Shown here in pieces: positions 25,810 through 38,473 of a stretch of DNA of 64,000 bases (position 1 is its first letter; each line of letters opens with the position of its first letter). Made by a program: the position numbers and the translations under genes. The stretch comes from Octopus bimaculoides (taxonomy: Eukaryota): assembly GCF_001194135.2 (NCBI RefSeq), contig NC_068995.1, positions 38,500,571-38,564,570 of the forward strand, in the 5' to 3' direction. The notes beneath the pieces are model-generated. The model searched no databases. It had not been told where the DNA came from and was given only the letters and a program-made list of their open reading frames with translations.

Positions 25810-28037
25810 GTCTGTATATAGGATTAGTTGGGAAAAAATAGAGATGAGAATGCAAGACGTGCATTTTAAGGGACATTCGGCATCCCATTCTTTCATATGC
25901 TGTTTGAATGTTGTTTATTAAATCAGCATAATTTTCAGCTCTGTGATTTCCAAGAAAGTTCTGTACAACTTACATGAAGGAACTCCATGCCGTGAACTCA
26001 ACTAGATTCAGTTTACCTCTGAATTTCCTCTCAGACATCAGGTCCAATGAAAATGTCTGCTTTCAGTTTTGCGTCTCTACACCAAATTTTACTTTTAGTT
26101 ACTGAAAGCCACAACCATCGTGCGTCATTGCTTTTACGAAGTTTTTCATGCGTGGAAGGAAGATCTTTTGCAGGTCTACCATTGGCATATGCTGCACCTT
26201 GTACTGACTAACTATGCGCTCATCGCTTTTAGGCCTGACTTTTATAGTGTAATGATTACTGTCGTCGCGGCTGTTCCAAACATACAAGAAGCACATGTTT
26301 TTGGTATATCTCAGATGCAGTTCTAGGAGGAGGGAAATCGCCTTTAAATCAACACATCACCACAAATATTCTCACTTATGAACTGAGTAATTAACTCCTT
26401 GCAGAATGAGTTCCATAGATTCATAAGTTCCTTCCATATCGACAAACGGATCCACAGAAATGGCAGTTTTTTTCATTACCATTATGTAATAACAGATCTT
26501 TGAGGTTAACATTGTGTGTTGGCACTCCGTCGCTTACGACATCGAGGGTTCCAATTGATCCGATCAACGGATCAGCTTGCTCGTGAAATTAATGTGCAAG
26601 TGTCTGAGCACTCCACAGACACGTGTACCCTTAACGTAGTTCTCAGGGATATTCAGCGTGACAGTGTGACAAGGCAGACCCTTTGAATTACAGGCACAAC
26701 AGAATCAGGAAGTAAGAGTGAGAGAAAGTTGTGGGGAAAGAATACAGCAGGGTTCGCCACCATCCCCTGCCGTAGCCTTGTGGAGCTTTAGGTGTTTTCG
26801 CTCAATAAACACTCACAAAGCCCGGTCTGGGAATCGAAACCGCGATCCTATGACCGCGTGTCCGCTGCCCTAACCACTGGGCCATTGCGCCTCCACTGGT
26901 TAACATTACTTAAGTCTATAAATAATCTCCATTCGTTAGTCGTATGCTCGTGTCCTAGTTTTTGCAAGACTGCATTAACATCAGTACAGAAACAAGCTAT
27001 ATTTTCTTGCTTCAAAAAGATAGATAAGCCTTTATGGCGAGAACGGAAAATGGAAATTTTCGTATCTTGCTGTGGGAGATTCCGTTGCTGTAGTCTAGAT
27101 CCCAGACTTTTGCCTTCTCCTTTGACAATGCTAGATCTCTTACTAAATTGTTCATATCTTCATGATTAAACAAGCGTTGCTCATTTTTCTTAGAATCAAC
27201 TGCGTACCTTTCATCGATAGGAGATTCGTGGCTTCATCCTGCGACGTGCCAAGGTCTTCAAATGAATCATGTGAATGAGGAATTGGGACAAGTTTCTCTA
27301 AGTCATGAGGGACTGAGTTTAGAGCCGACTAAAAGTCTGCGTACACAATTTTTGCTTTGGTTTTCTTTGAAAAACCAATATTATTAGTCATGCAAAAGTA
27401 ATAATCAGAGATATGATTGATTGGCTCACACCATAACATTGGTACAGCAAAAGGCATTCCCTTCCTTTCCATTCAGCCACTGGGTAAGCCCTGAGTAAAC
27501 ACACAGTGCAGCATATATGAGGTACCCACTTCTTGTTTTGGTCCCCAAATTTACACCCGAATTAATATTTATAGGCAAATTTTTATTTGGTGGCAATGTT
27601 CTTCTGCTGGTTACTCGGGGAAAATTTCCTATTCGTAATCTAACACAATGAACGCAGTTAAATGACTAATCACGCAGAGCGGGAGATACACGTACAACAC
27701 ATACGGCAGAGCAAGCGACACATAAAAGTATCATGAACAAACTGATGTATTGGGCGCTTGCACACAATACGTCAGCACCATTTATTGCTAAAGGAATAAG
27801 GAAGGTTCTCATCGTTTGTTTTATTGCTGTTATTTATTTAATTTTGAGTGAAGACCGCTTTCATTTTAGCAAATTTTATAATACGGCCTACATCTAGCTG
27901 TAATATAGTTAGAATCTTGCGCAAGCGCATAGCTCGGGATCCTAGTACAATTCTGAGTACAGATTCGGAATCAGCACCCTCGATTTAGTCTAAAACACGT
28001 GCTTTTACTCCAGAAACAAAATCTTTGTTGCCAAGTG
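25810..28037 (-). mobile_element. Chapaev3-like (CMC) DNA transposon with near-complete decayed transposase (about 25810-27690), interrupted by a SINE
   Basis: Minus frames give FGCKFGDQNKKWVPHICC..C, MPFAVPMLWCEPINHISDYYFC, NNLVRDLALSKEKA.LGSRLQQRNL, EWRLFIDLSN-[SINE]-VNLKDLLLHNGN, DLKAISLLL, CFLYVWNSRD, MKNFVKAM, FLGNHRAENY and MGCRMSLKMHVLHSHLYFFP. A putative terminus CACTTGGCAACAAAG (minus) lies at 28037. The superfamily name comes from recalled motifs. Confidence 0.8.
26514..26897 (-). mobile_element. Full-length tRNA-derived SINE with 10-bp TSD
   Basis: Minus head GGAGGCGCAATGGCCCAGTGGTTAGGGCAGCGGAC...GGTTTCGATTCCCAGACC (A-box and B-box). TSD GGTTAACATT at 26504-26513 and 26898-26907. 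Homologous to 61876-62200. Confidence 0.93.
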
Positions 28038-28424
28038 CTATCTGATGTGCTTTCACAAAGGGAAAAAGATCGAGATTCGGAGAAAACGAAAACGTCCTAC
28101 CAATTTGAGGACTATGGAGATATTTACATAACATTTAATTATTTTTTAAAAAATTTAATAGTTTTTCTCCTTAATCAATAGCCACCATTGTTATACTTTC
28201 AGTTGAACAAGTCGAACACACTGAAATCGGTACTAACCGTTGCAAAATATATTTCATGACAAAATAATTTCAGCATTTACTACCTGGATTTAATTTTCTT
28301 ATACATACCAACACGCACGCACGTACGCACGCACGCACACAGACACACGCACACACACAAACACACATATACACAGACAGGCATACACACATATATATAT
28401 ATATAGATGTATACACATATGCTT

Positions 28425-28472
<48 letters not shown>

Positions 28473-30054
28473 ACGTATACATATATGTAGATACACATAC
28501 ATACATATATGTGTGCGTGTGCGTGCGTGTGTGTGTGTGTGTGTGTGTTAACATGCATGCACAGTGAATATATATCAATGTGTGTTCACATATGTATATA
28601 TATGTAGAGCGCATTACACAAGCTTTTTAGATTGTGCCGAAAAGAATGGATGAACAACCCGTAGAAATAATACCTAAAATTTTGAAACGTAACTAGACTT
28701 TACGATAACTTTATTCACACCTAAAAGATATTGACTATATGACGTTTCCATGATGGATAGACATGCAATTTTGAAAACTATTATCGTTGGGGTATGCAAT
28801 ACGACAATCGTTTTGCCTTGAATTAGTAATATATTATCATGTGTTTTCTTTGAGAATGGAATAAAGCCCAACCTGAACAGTTATCACTTTTGAAACTGCT
28901 TTGAACATTCTTTCAGCAAACGGCTGCGCTTAACGATTACCACCAATGTGATATAAACTAATTCCAGTCAGCTCGTAATTATTGAAAAATGTTCTAAGGA
29001 AAAAGAAAATCCTATACCTACTTAAAACTACAAATATTTACATCTGTATATTACAGAAATAATCTTTATTGACACACATAGCAAAATAAATTTGCATATC
29101 ACACTATTGTTTCATGTGGCAAATATAAGCACATACATTTATAATGATCATATGATAGAAACTTCTTCATGTAAACAACCACCAATCGAGTGAAGATACT
29201 TTAAAAGCTATCAGAACATCGGATATTCTACAAAGTTACAAATAAGAAGTCGGCTTAACTGAGTTCTAATCAAAATGTTGTCATACGGTTGTGTAATAGC
29301 CTGAGTGATGTATGTTACTGAGATTAAAAATTAAGTAGATCTGAATGCTAGAGGGAAATTAAGATAAATAAAACTGGCATATACCTCACGTTTACATATA
29401 TCGTTTAACCTGAAGGTGATTTTGCAAATGAAAAAGAATATTGTAATCGATTCAGATAAATTCATGAAAACGCATAATATACAATCTTTTGTCTTCGACG
29501 GTACGTTCATTCATCAAATATACAAGGAAATAACATTAAATATTCTACTATAATTCATCATTACAATCCACTTTGTTTATAACCTTATAACCATTAATGT
29601 TGTAAGACTTTGACATCAATGCAGGTGCTCCTGCAAATATATGTCGCTAATGTCTTCTCAAATGTTATACATACCATACAGCACGGCCTACATTGGCCAT
29701 CAGCACAATTCTTATATTACATATTCTACACTATATTTCTCTACTTGCGCTACATTCTCTTTCAATACATATACAAACATAATATATATATATATANNNN
29801 NNNNNNNNNNNNNNNNNNNNNNNNNNNNNNNNNNNNNNNNNNNNNNNNNNNNNNNNNNNNNNNNNNNNNNNNNNNNNNNNNNNNNNNNNNNNNNNNNNNN
29901 NNNNNNNNNNNNNNNNNNNNNNNNNNNNNNNNNNNNNNNNNNNNNNNNNNNNNNNNNNNNNNNNNNNNNNNNNNNNNNNNNNNNNNNNNNNNNNNNNNNN
30001 NNNNNNNNNNNNNNNNNNNNNNNNNNNATATATATATATATGTATATGCATGCA

Positions 30055-30790
30055 TGTATGTATAAAAGATGACGGTGGAACCAGCACAGAAGTAAATCTA
30101 AGACAGATTAGTTTAGAAATAATTTTATATAAGGATCTGAAAATTCTATAAAATAACTATAAAACATTGCCGGTTTCGATGACGAATTTCATATTACAAG
30201 TTATTAATAAAAGCTATAAAAAATTTGAAGTAAAATCAGTGTATCATATATTTGGTTTACATAGTATGTCTGGAGCTGTTTCGTTGAAGTCTTCTTTAAA
30301 TATAGTTTGGTATGGAGTTCAAAGTGTTATAGGGAAAGGGAGGGGGTGTAGTTGTGTACTTTCTGAAAAATTTTCTGTATGTTCCTGCCGAGGGAATAAC
30401 TTAAAAATCATCAATCGACAGGGTTATATGTCTAGACGTATATCTTTTGTGGGTGTGTATGTTTGTCTGTGTATGTGTTTGTGTGCGTGTGCGTGTGTGT
30501 GTTGTGTTCAATGTCCTTTCAATATGTTTGGAATGTGACCAGTTATTTGTTATTGAGTGTGTATGTTGTAATGAATGCCTTGTTAAGAAAGGAGTTAAGA
30601 TTTTTCGTCTTTTTGGTTTGTGTTGGCTCGAACTGCAATGTTTTCTTTTTAGTGTCTCCAGCTGTGTTTATGTATGAACGTGTGTGTGTGTTTGGTGTTT
30701 TCTATTGGGTGTCTACAGGTGTGTGTTTGTGTGTATGTGTAGACGTGTCTGTGTTTTCTTGCAAGGCTTTCTTTGCATGTATACGTGTAT
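30055..30790. repeat. Second copy of the repeat at 24190-24930 (no right inverted arm)
   Basis: Colinear blocks: TAAATCTAAGACA, TTTAGAAATAATTT, CCGGTTT(T/C)GA.GA.GAATTTCATATTA, TTTAAATAT(G/A)GTTTGGTAT, GTGTAGTTGTGTA, TCCTGCCGAG and the following GT-rich tail. Confidence 0.85.
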
Positions 30791-32334
30791 GTGCACGGCT
30801 CGGGAACAGGGGATGCAGGTGCCCCCCCCCCAAAAAAAAAAAAACAATTATGAGCGTGGCAAATTGAACATCTGTATCCTATAATACTTTGCCAGGTTTA
30901 GAAAATAATGGCTAAGAATTCTTCTGTAAAATCCTGCCTGAAGTTAGGTTTCTTCTCAAAACAAGAAGAAAGGGCAAAAATAAATCAATAAAATGTCGAA
31001 TATGTGTACTAATGACGCGGGTCATAAACTTCCCAAGTGAAGTCTACAGAAAGAAAAGCCCTTCACTGTCAAGCTATCCATATGCTTAATTTTCTTTGAC
31101 TACTACAACTGACCCATCATCATCATCTGTGCCATAATATTCTACTGCTACAATCATAACCACTACTACTAACAAGCCTTTCTTCCCACCAAAGTCTACC
31201 TCAATTTCAGTGCATACCTCCACAGTTCCATGATAAATCTACCAACTGTAGAGAAAGTAGAATTTATAAACGCATTATACGCACAAACTATGCACGTTTT
31301 CTCAATGCAAGACACTGTGCATTGGCAGCAACTACAATTTTATTCATTTACAAGGGACAAAACGCACAGCTCGTAGAAGCACCACCAGCCAACGCCAAGA
31401 ACATACATCTAACACCTCCGACGCTGTAGCCACCATCACCCACACGCACATATATACATACATATATATACATATATATATATAAACATATATGTATATA
31501 TATATATATATATATNNNNNNNNNNNNNNNNNNNNNNNNNNNNNNNNNNNNNNNNNNNNNNNNNNNNNNNNNNNNNNNNNNNNNNNNNNNNNNNNNNNNN
31601 NNNNNNNNNNNNNNNNNNNNNNNNNNNNNNNNNNNNNNNNNNNNNNNNNNNNNNNNNNNNNNNNNNNNNNNNNNNNNNNNNNNNNNNNNNNNNNNNNNNN
31701 NNNNNNNNNNNNNNNNNNNNNNNNNNNNNNNNNNNNNNNNNNNNNNNNNNNNNNNNNNNNNNNNNNNNNNNNNNNNNNNNNNNNNNNNNNNNNNNNNNNN
31801 NNNNNNNNNNNNNNNNNNNNNNNNNNNNNNNNNNNNNNNNNNNNNNNNNNNNNNNNNNNNNNNNNNNNNNNNNNNNNNNNNNNNNNNNNNNNNNNNNNNN
31901 NNNNNNNNNNNNNNNNNNNNNNNNNNNNNNNNNNNNNNNNNNNNNNNNNNNNNNNNNNNNNNNNNNNNNNNNNNNNNNNNNNNNNNNNNNNNNNNNNNNN
32001 NNNNNNNNNNNNNNNNNNNNNNNNNNNNNNNNNNNNNNNNNNNNNNNNNNNNNNNNNNNNNNNNNNNNNNNNNNNNNNNNNNNNNNNNNNNNNNNNNNNN
32101 NNNNNNNNNNNNNNNNNNNNNNNNNNNNNNNNNNNNNNNNNNNNNNNNNNNNNNNNNNNNNNNNNNNNNNNNNNNNNNNNNNNNNNNNNNNNNNNNNNNN
32201 NNNNNNNNNNNNNNNNNNNNNNNNNNNNNNNNNNNNNNNNNNNNNNNNNNNNNNNNNNNNNNNNNNNNNNNNNNNNNNNNNNNNNNNNTACTCATACATC
32301 CACACATATACACCCCCATATATATATGTATCTA

Positions 32335-32373
<39 letters not shown>

Positions 32374-32519
32374 CTTAGCTTTTTCTCGTATAGAAGCAAA
32401 ACCGTTGCTAGAAAGTATCACTGAGATGAATCATTGCTCAAGCAATGTGTGGCGCTTGTATGATTGTTGAGCTCGGCGAAAGTATGCACATTCTATTACA
32501 TAATGCACAGCTGTGGTGG

Positions 32520-33130
32520 CTGCAAGAATGAAGAGGTGCCAGAGTATGAACTCTTTTGACATGCACTTACAATCCCCCACCCGAGAGGGCGCACTTTTCC
32601 ACGCGTCGCACATATTCTATTGTGAGCAATACCCATATCACAGTTTACTATGGGTCGATTCCTGTTAGTTTTCTGATGGCTGACCGGGCCTATACGATTC
32701 AAGCGACTCCTCCCACAAACGTCACACTCAAAAATCAAAACTCCCTCATTCTCCTCAGGTTCATACCTTCTGAACATTCTCCTAATCTTGTGCTTCTTTC
32801 TCTCTCATTCAAACCTCGAACAACCACTGTGCACTCTCTTCCACCATCTATCTCGCTCTTGTGCTTCTTTCTCCCAATCAACAACTGAAATTCCTGTCTG
32901 TGTCAGAGCAATTCTGAGGTAGACCTTGAACCTCATTTTGGGTTTATGTGCTGGTCTCCTGCCATCTTCCAGGTCACCATTCAAACGTTGCTTGAGATGT
33001 CTTTCATTAGTCATTCTTACCAGATGTCCACCGCACATGAAACAGCTTTACAGCATTATACACTTTTTCTACCACTTCTTTCAAGTGCCTTCACGTCCCT
33101 GATGACCATTTTCCAATTTATCCCAAGAAG
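32520..33130 (-). mobile_element. RTE LINE 3' end
   Basis: GHLVRMTNERHLKQRLNGDLEDGRRPAHKPKMRFK...DWEKEAQERDRW..RVHSGCSRFE and FECDVCGR match the RTE C-terminus. Confidence 0.85.
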
Positions 33131-33829
33131 CGTCCTAAGAAAATATTGATGATATCCTTCAAAATGAGAAGACATAAATGGAGAGAGAGAAAACAATAAT
33201 TGGAGAGAGAAAATGAAATGTAATCAAACGTGCACATGCGCACACGTGTACACGGTCTCGCACGCAGACATATAAACACACACATGCACATACGTACACA
33301 CACATACGAACACTCACACACAATCAAGTGCACACACTAAGAAACATATATACGCATGCATGTATATATTTATGAAAGCATGTATAAGTGTGAAATCAAC
33401 TTGAAAATCATTTATTTACGTATGGTAAATGTATATACACACTCTTTACAAGTCTCCACTATTACCGAATGCATACATATGCACATACGTAAGACAGTAG
33501 GATGCATTTTCTGCGAGATTGTTGGAAATATATCCTTGACATAAATACGACTACATTCCAATGACACTCTGCAGACCGACCACTATATTATTTTACTTGT
33601 TTTACTCCTGCAACTACGCCCATGCAACAGCAAAACGCATTGGTCAAACAAATCAACCTAAATACTTATTTCTTAAGATTAGTATTTATTCCATCGGTCC
33701 CTTTATCTAAGTTGAAGGGACATAAATACTCCAACACCACTGGTCCCAGTCTTGAACTATAGGGCTGTTATACTGACGAATGTATCGGTGCGACCTCACA
33801 CTCCCACGAACATCTAGACTCCTTCTTCT

Positions 33830-34000
33830 CTTTTGTCAAATCTTTCCATCCTGCCCTCCACTTCTGCACTACCTCTGACAATTCTTTCTCCTTTCTTGAT
33901 ATTTCGGTCAGCATTCATCACTTCATTCTCAGCACCTCCACCCACTACAAGCACACAGACTCACGCTCATACCTCAACTTCTCCTCCTCCCACCCAAAAC
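33830..34000 (+). mobile_element. Penelope-like element, RT fragment
   Basis: FFSFVKSFHPALHF...SFLDISVSI...LSTSTHYKHTDSRSYLNFSSSHPKH matches the PLE FLD / YKPTDSH.YL.FSSSHP motif. Confidence 0.85.
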
Positions 34001-34001
34001 A

Positions 34002-34344
34002 CACGCTCGCCCTTTCCTCACTCATCAACCTGGTTTCTTGTGTAAGAAATGGTACACGTTATCATTTAAAAATCTTTCTTGTCCGCTTTTAAAACGCAGC
34101 ATATTTTTGGACATTTTCATACTCATGGTTCATTGCACACTAATAAGCTTTGAAACGGAGCTTGCATACTCCAGTCATTGAAAGAGATATGTTTGACGCA
34201 TTTTTCTCATTAGACCATAGTACTTTAATAGTAAATTTCAGGGACATTTCATGTTTTATTGTTTTCTTTGTGAAATTGCTGAACAGTTTGCAGACACTAT
34301 TTACAAGATAAATGAACACTTCAAGAAGTACCTCAACCCGACTC
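34002..34344 (+). repeat. 343-bp unidentified repeat, copy 1
   Basis: Colinear with 36561-36915; both begin CACGCTCGCCCTTTC and end CCCGACTC. Confidence 0.9.
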
Positions 34345-34825
34345 GAGAGAGGTATTAAAGCTAGACAAAAGAGGCATGATGATAGACAGTCACCCTGGAA
34401 AATGCAAAATTAAATTATTACATCTCCAGCATGGAGGGATTCATTGTCACTGTTCAAAATTAGTACCGGTCTCCATGATCTCATACTTACAGACATTAAG
34501 CTTCGCAGAGTAGGTTCTATTTTATACATTTCCAGACATTTCTTAATCCAGTTATGTGGTAGACTGTCAAAAGAATTTTATAGTCTATCCAGGCTATGGA
34601 CACGTTTTTGTGTCGTTTGTGACAATCATCCAAGGTGATCTTATTGATGAGTAGCTGATCTTTACAACCACAGGACCCACGTTTATATCATTTTTGCTCA
34701 TTCGGGAATATGCCACTTTCTGTTAAATAAAAACAAAAAACTATTGGCATATTCGGTCAAGACAGTAGTTAGTACGTTATACATCTTTGTTAATCAGGTT
34801 ATGGGTCTATATTTTTTTAGTTTTA

Positions 34826-34880
<55 letters not shown>

Positions 34881-34929
34881 CATTATCATCATCATCATCA
34901 TCGTCATTATAATTATTATTATTATTATT

Positions 34930-34975
<46 letters not shown>

Positions 34976-35240
34976 ACATCATCATTATTGAGTGCGAGAG
35001 CAGTTCATGCCATCAAGGTGACACTGGGGTAAAATATACAGGCACCAGGCACATGCATCACAACCATATGCGCGCGACATAGTGGTCTCATATCAAGAGA
35101 AACAGCGCAGCGACCTTGCAGGTGGGGCCCAGTTAGAAATTTCTTCAGGTCGTATAGCCCATCCCGCTCAAAAGATCTCTGGAGTAAGGGTTGCTTAAGG
35201 ATGTAGAACGAAACACATGTTTCTCGAGGTAGGAACAAAA
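34826..35240 (-). mobile_element. Retroposon-like repeat with a long (ATT)n/(ATC)n tail at 34826-34990
   Basis: The trinucleotide tail is seen directly. The adjoining body (GAGAGCAGT.CATGCCATCAA.GTGACACTGGGGTAAAATATAC...) resembles a cephalopod interspersed repeat as recalled; family not confirmed. Confidence 0.55.
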
Positions 35241-36560
35241 CATGCATATTTCCCGAATTTGGGTGATTTCTTTTTCTTATTCTTGACCATTCTTGACTTA
35301 GTTTCTGTGACAAGTAAACAACGTCTGGTTTTTGACATTCTATTTTTTTTTTTGTTTTCAGCTAAATATGCTAAAATCTATGACTAATGTATATTCGTAG
35401 CCAGATGCAGGACTAGCTTTAACACAACTAACATATGTTTGATTTAAAACGATTGTATTTGTGCTATGTTGCTGTTATGACTATATTTGAAGTTAATTTT
35501 TGAACGGCTCAAAATAATTTCTTTCTATTAATTGTTCATTAATTTTTTCTTTCTGTTTTGCGACATAATTGGTTTTGTGCTGCAATATTTTAGTTTGTTT
35601 GATACTATAACATTATGCTTTGTACAGCAAATATCAGAGCAAATACAATAATTTCGCACAAACAAGCTGAATTTATCTGCATTGACCTATCAGAGTCAAC
35701 CCTCCTTAATTAAAATTCTTTTTAGCAATTAATTCAAATAAAATCCCCCCTGTTATAGTCTATAATAATACTGTGAAATAACAAATAAGTCGTCACACCT
35801 TGAGTCAACAGTGAGCCAATAATAATTGTTGTTAATCCCCATATGACAGCAGTGTTTTTTGAGGAAAGTGTTAGACGATTCCATCGTGATGTGTACATAG
35901 GGGGTATGTGATGTCTATCGACTTTGAAGGAATAGAATTCAAATGGGCCTTGAATTCAGAACAAAGAACTGGACAAATACCGCTTGGTACTTTACCAACG
36001 CTCTAACTTATCTCTCAATCCACAATAATGTGTTTTCTTTTATTACTCACATAAGCAAGTCCTTCAATGCAACATAGTGAATAATAATTATATAGTTCAC
36101 AAACATTGCGTATTGGCAGAAAATATTACTCAAAAACATGGATGGTTTTGAAAACGTTATAGAAAAGACAAATAAAAAATATATAATTGAAACTGGATAT
36201 TTCTATCATTTTTCTTTGATAAAGGTAGCTTTTGATCATTTGTTGGGGCAAGCCCTGTAGTTGTTGGTCATTGTATACTAAGAGCTTTAAGTCATTCATG
36301 TAAAATGATGATTTGTATTTTTATCAAAAATGTTATAGCTGCGTTGAAATGACAAATAAAAAATACATAATTGAAACGTATAAGCTTATAGATAGCGGAT
36401 TGACAAATTAGGTAAGAGGACGTTTACCAAATACATCCAAACATAGAAATTGAGAAATAAAAAAAAGAAGGCAAAATGCTAAGGTAATTATAAACAAATA
36501 TGTGTCACATTCCCAGATTCAGAATGGAAATCAGAAGCTACTCTGTGTCAGAGAACCAAG

Positions 36561-36915
36561 CACGCTCGCCCTTTCGTCACTCATCATCCTGGTGTCTTGT
36601 GCAAGAGATGGTACACGTTAACATTTAAATATGTTTCTAGTACGCTTTTAAGACGCAGCGTATTTTTGGACACTTTCATAATAATTCCTTGAATACTGTC
36701 AGGAACTATACTAATAAGCTGTCAAACGGATCTTGCATACTCCAGTCATTGAAAAATATAAGCTTGTCACAATTTCCACATTAAACCATAGTATTTTAAT
36801 AGTAAATTGCAGAGACATTTTATGTTTTATTGTTTTCTCTGTGAAATTGTTAAACAGTTTGCGAACACTATTTGCAAGATGAATGAACACTTCAAGAAGT
36901 ATTTCAGCCCGACTC
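36561..36915 (+). repeat. 355-bp unidentified repeat, copy 2
   Basis: See 34002-34344. Confidence 0.9.
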
Positions 36916-37254
36916 ATTATGAAATCATTGTTGAACACCTACACAATATTACTCACATTTTTGTGGCCACATGTTCCTATAAAACTTGGGTTGATGCAAA
37001 TATTTTTCGAGGCCATTGATAATGTCCAAAATTGCCACAAAAGGCTGACGTTAATTGTATGCAGTTATCTTAGTTAACTTGAAAATTGAAGCTAATGCCA
37101 AATGAAGAGCTCGAAACGATCATAAATGAGCCAGGCGGGAATAATTGGTGGAAGTTGGTGCAGAGTTTTAAGACTATGCTGGTATGCAGTTCAATAACCT
37201 TGTCTATCTTCAGGTCACATTTGTATTAATTCCTTGAGAATTGTGATGATTATA

Positions 37255-37485
37255 TATTTCTTTACTGCTCACAAAGGGCGAAACATAGAGGGGACAGACA
37301 AGGACAGACAAGGACAGACAAAAGAATTAAGTCGATTTCATCGACCCCAGTGCGTGACTGGTACTTTATTTATCGACCCCGAAAGGATGAAAGGCAAAGT
37401 CAACCTCGACGGAATTTGAACTCAGAACGTAAATATCGCTAAGCATCTCGCCCAGCTCGCTAACGTTTCTGCCAGCTCGCCGCCT
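37255..37485 (-). mobile_element. Full-length SINE with 16-bp TSD
   Basis: TSD AATTGTGATGATTATA at 37239-37254 and 37486-37501. Minus head AGGCGGCGAGCTGGCAGAAACGTTAGC. Confidence 0.93.
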
Positions 37486-38029
37486 AATTGTGATGATTAT
37501 AGTGACGGTCAAAGTGAATTATACCACCAAGTATTTGGACCACGGAGAAATGTATTAGGAACAGTAAGGCAATTAACATGTTAGTAAATTACTGATGGCA
37601 TCTAAAATGCCACTCGATTTGTGAAAAACATGCGTAAGCATAATATTTTTAAAACCATTTTTTAATTCACGAGCACTTCTCATATTAGTTAAAGGCATTT
37701 TTCATTGTTTCGTTATAATTAACATTTTCAAATAAATTTATCACGTCTTTGCCATTCAAAGACTGAAGATGCTAACCAACAGATGACGTTTTATCAGATA
37801 GGGGCATGTTTGAAAAATTCGAGCGAACTCAGAAAAACCATTGTTAATTTTTTAAAATTGTGCATGGCCAAATTATTAGGATTTATTTAAGAAAGCTGAA
37901 GCATCCCAAGGAAGAACTATATGAAGGTCTATGTTATATAATTACAAGGGTGTTTCTTCCACTTCTATAAGACAGCCAAAGCAAGTCTGATTAGAGTAAC
38001 AGCTATTATAATTACAGTCTTTTCTAATG

Positions 38030-38410
38030 TAGGCGTATGGCCTAACATTTAGTGGTAGGGGGCTAGTCTACAAATCGATCCAGTGTCCAACTACTATTTA
38101 TTTTCTCTATGTCTAAGGGATGCAAGAAAAAGTCGACCTCAGCGGAATTTGAACTCGGAACCTGAAGTAAGTCAAAATACCACTAGGCATTTGTACGGCG
38201 TGCTAACGATTCTGCTAGCTTACTGCCTCGAGAAATATAATGATTATGACACAAGACCAGTAGTTTCGGGGAGGGGTGTAAGACGATTATATCGACAGCA
38301 GTACTCAACTTGAACTTATTTCATCGACACCGAAAGGGGGAAAGGCACAGTCGTGTTCGACGGAATTTAACTCACAACATGAAGAAGGATGAAATGTCCC
38401 GAAAGTTAAG
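38030..38410 (-). mobile_element. Two tandem degenerate SINE copies (same family as 37255-37485)
   Basis: GGAATTTGAACTCGGAAC at about 38144 and GGAATTTAACTCACAAC at about 38361, with shared flanking blocks. Confidence 0.75.
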
Positions 38411-38473
38411 AAAGATAACAACACGAAAGTCTAGAGAAGAAAGCATTGGTGTTGTTGTTGTAGCGTTGCTTAC

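Noticed and set aside
26099-26326. ORFs at 26099-26326 as a possible host exon
   Set aside because: The minus frame is part of the Chapaev3-like transposase; the plus ORF is its antisense shadow.
26820-26897. tRNA-like sequence with A and B boxes (also at 10970-11040)
   Set aside because: It is the head of a SINE: it runs into a shared SINE body and is bounded by a TSD. It is not a tRNA gene.
34002-36915. Direct repeats as canonical LTRs of an LTR retrotransposon
   Set aside because: No TG...CA ends, PBS, PPT, TSD or gag/pol between them; kept only as an unidentified repeat pair.
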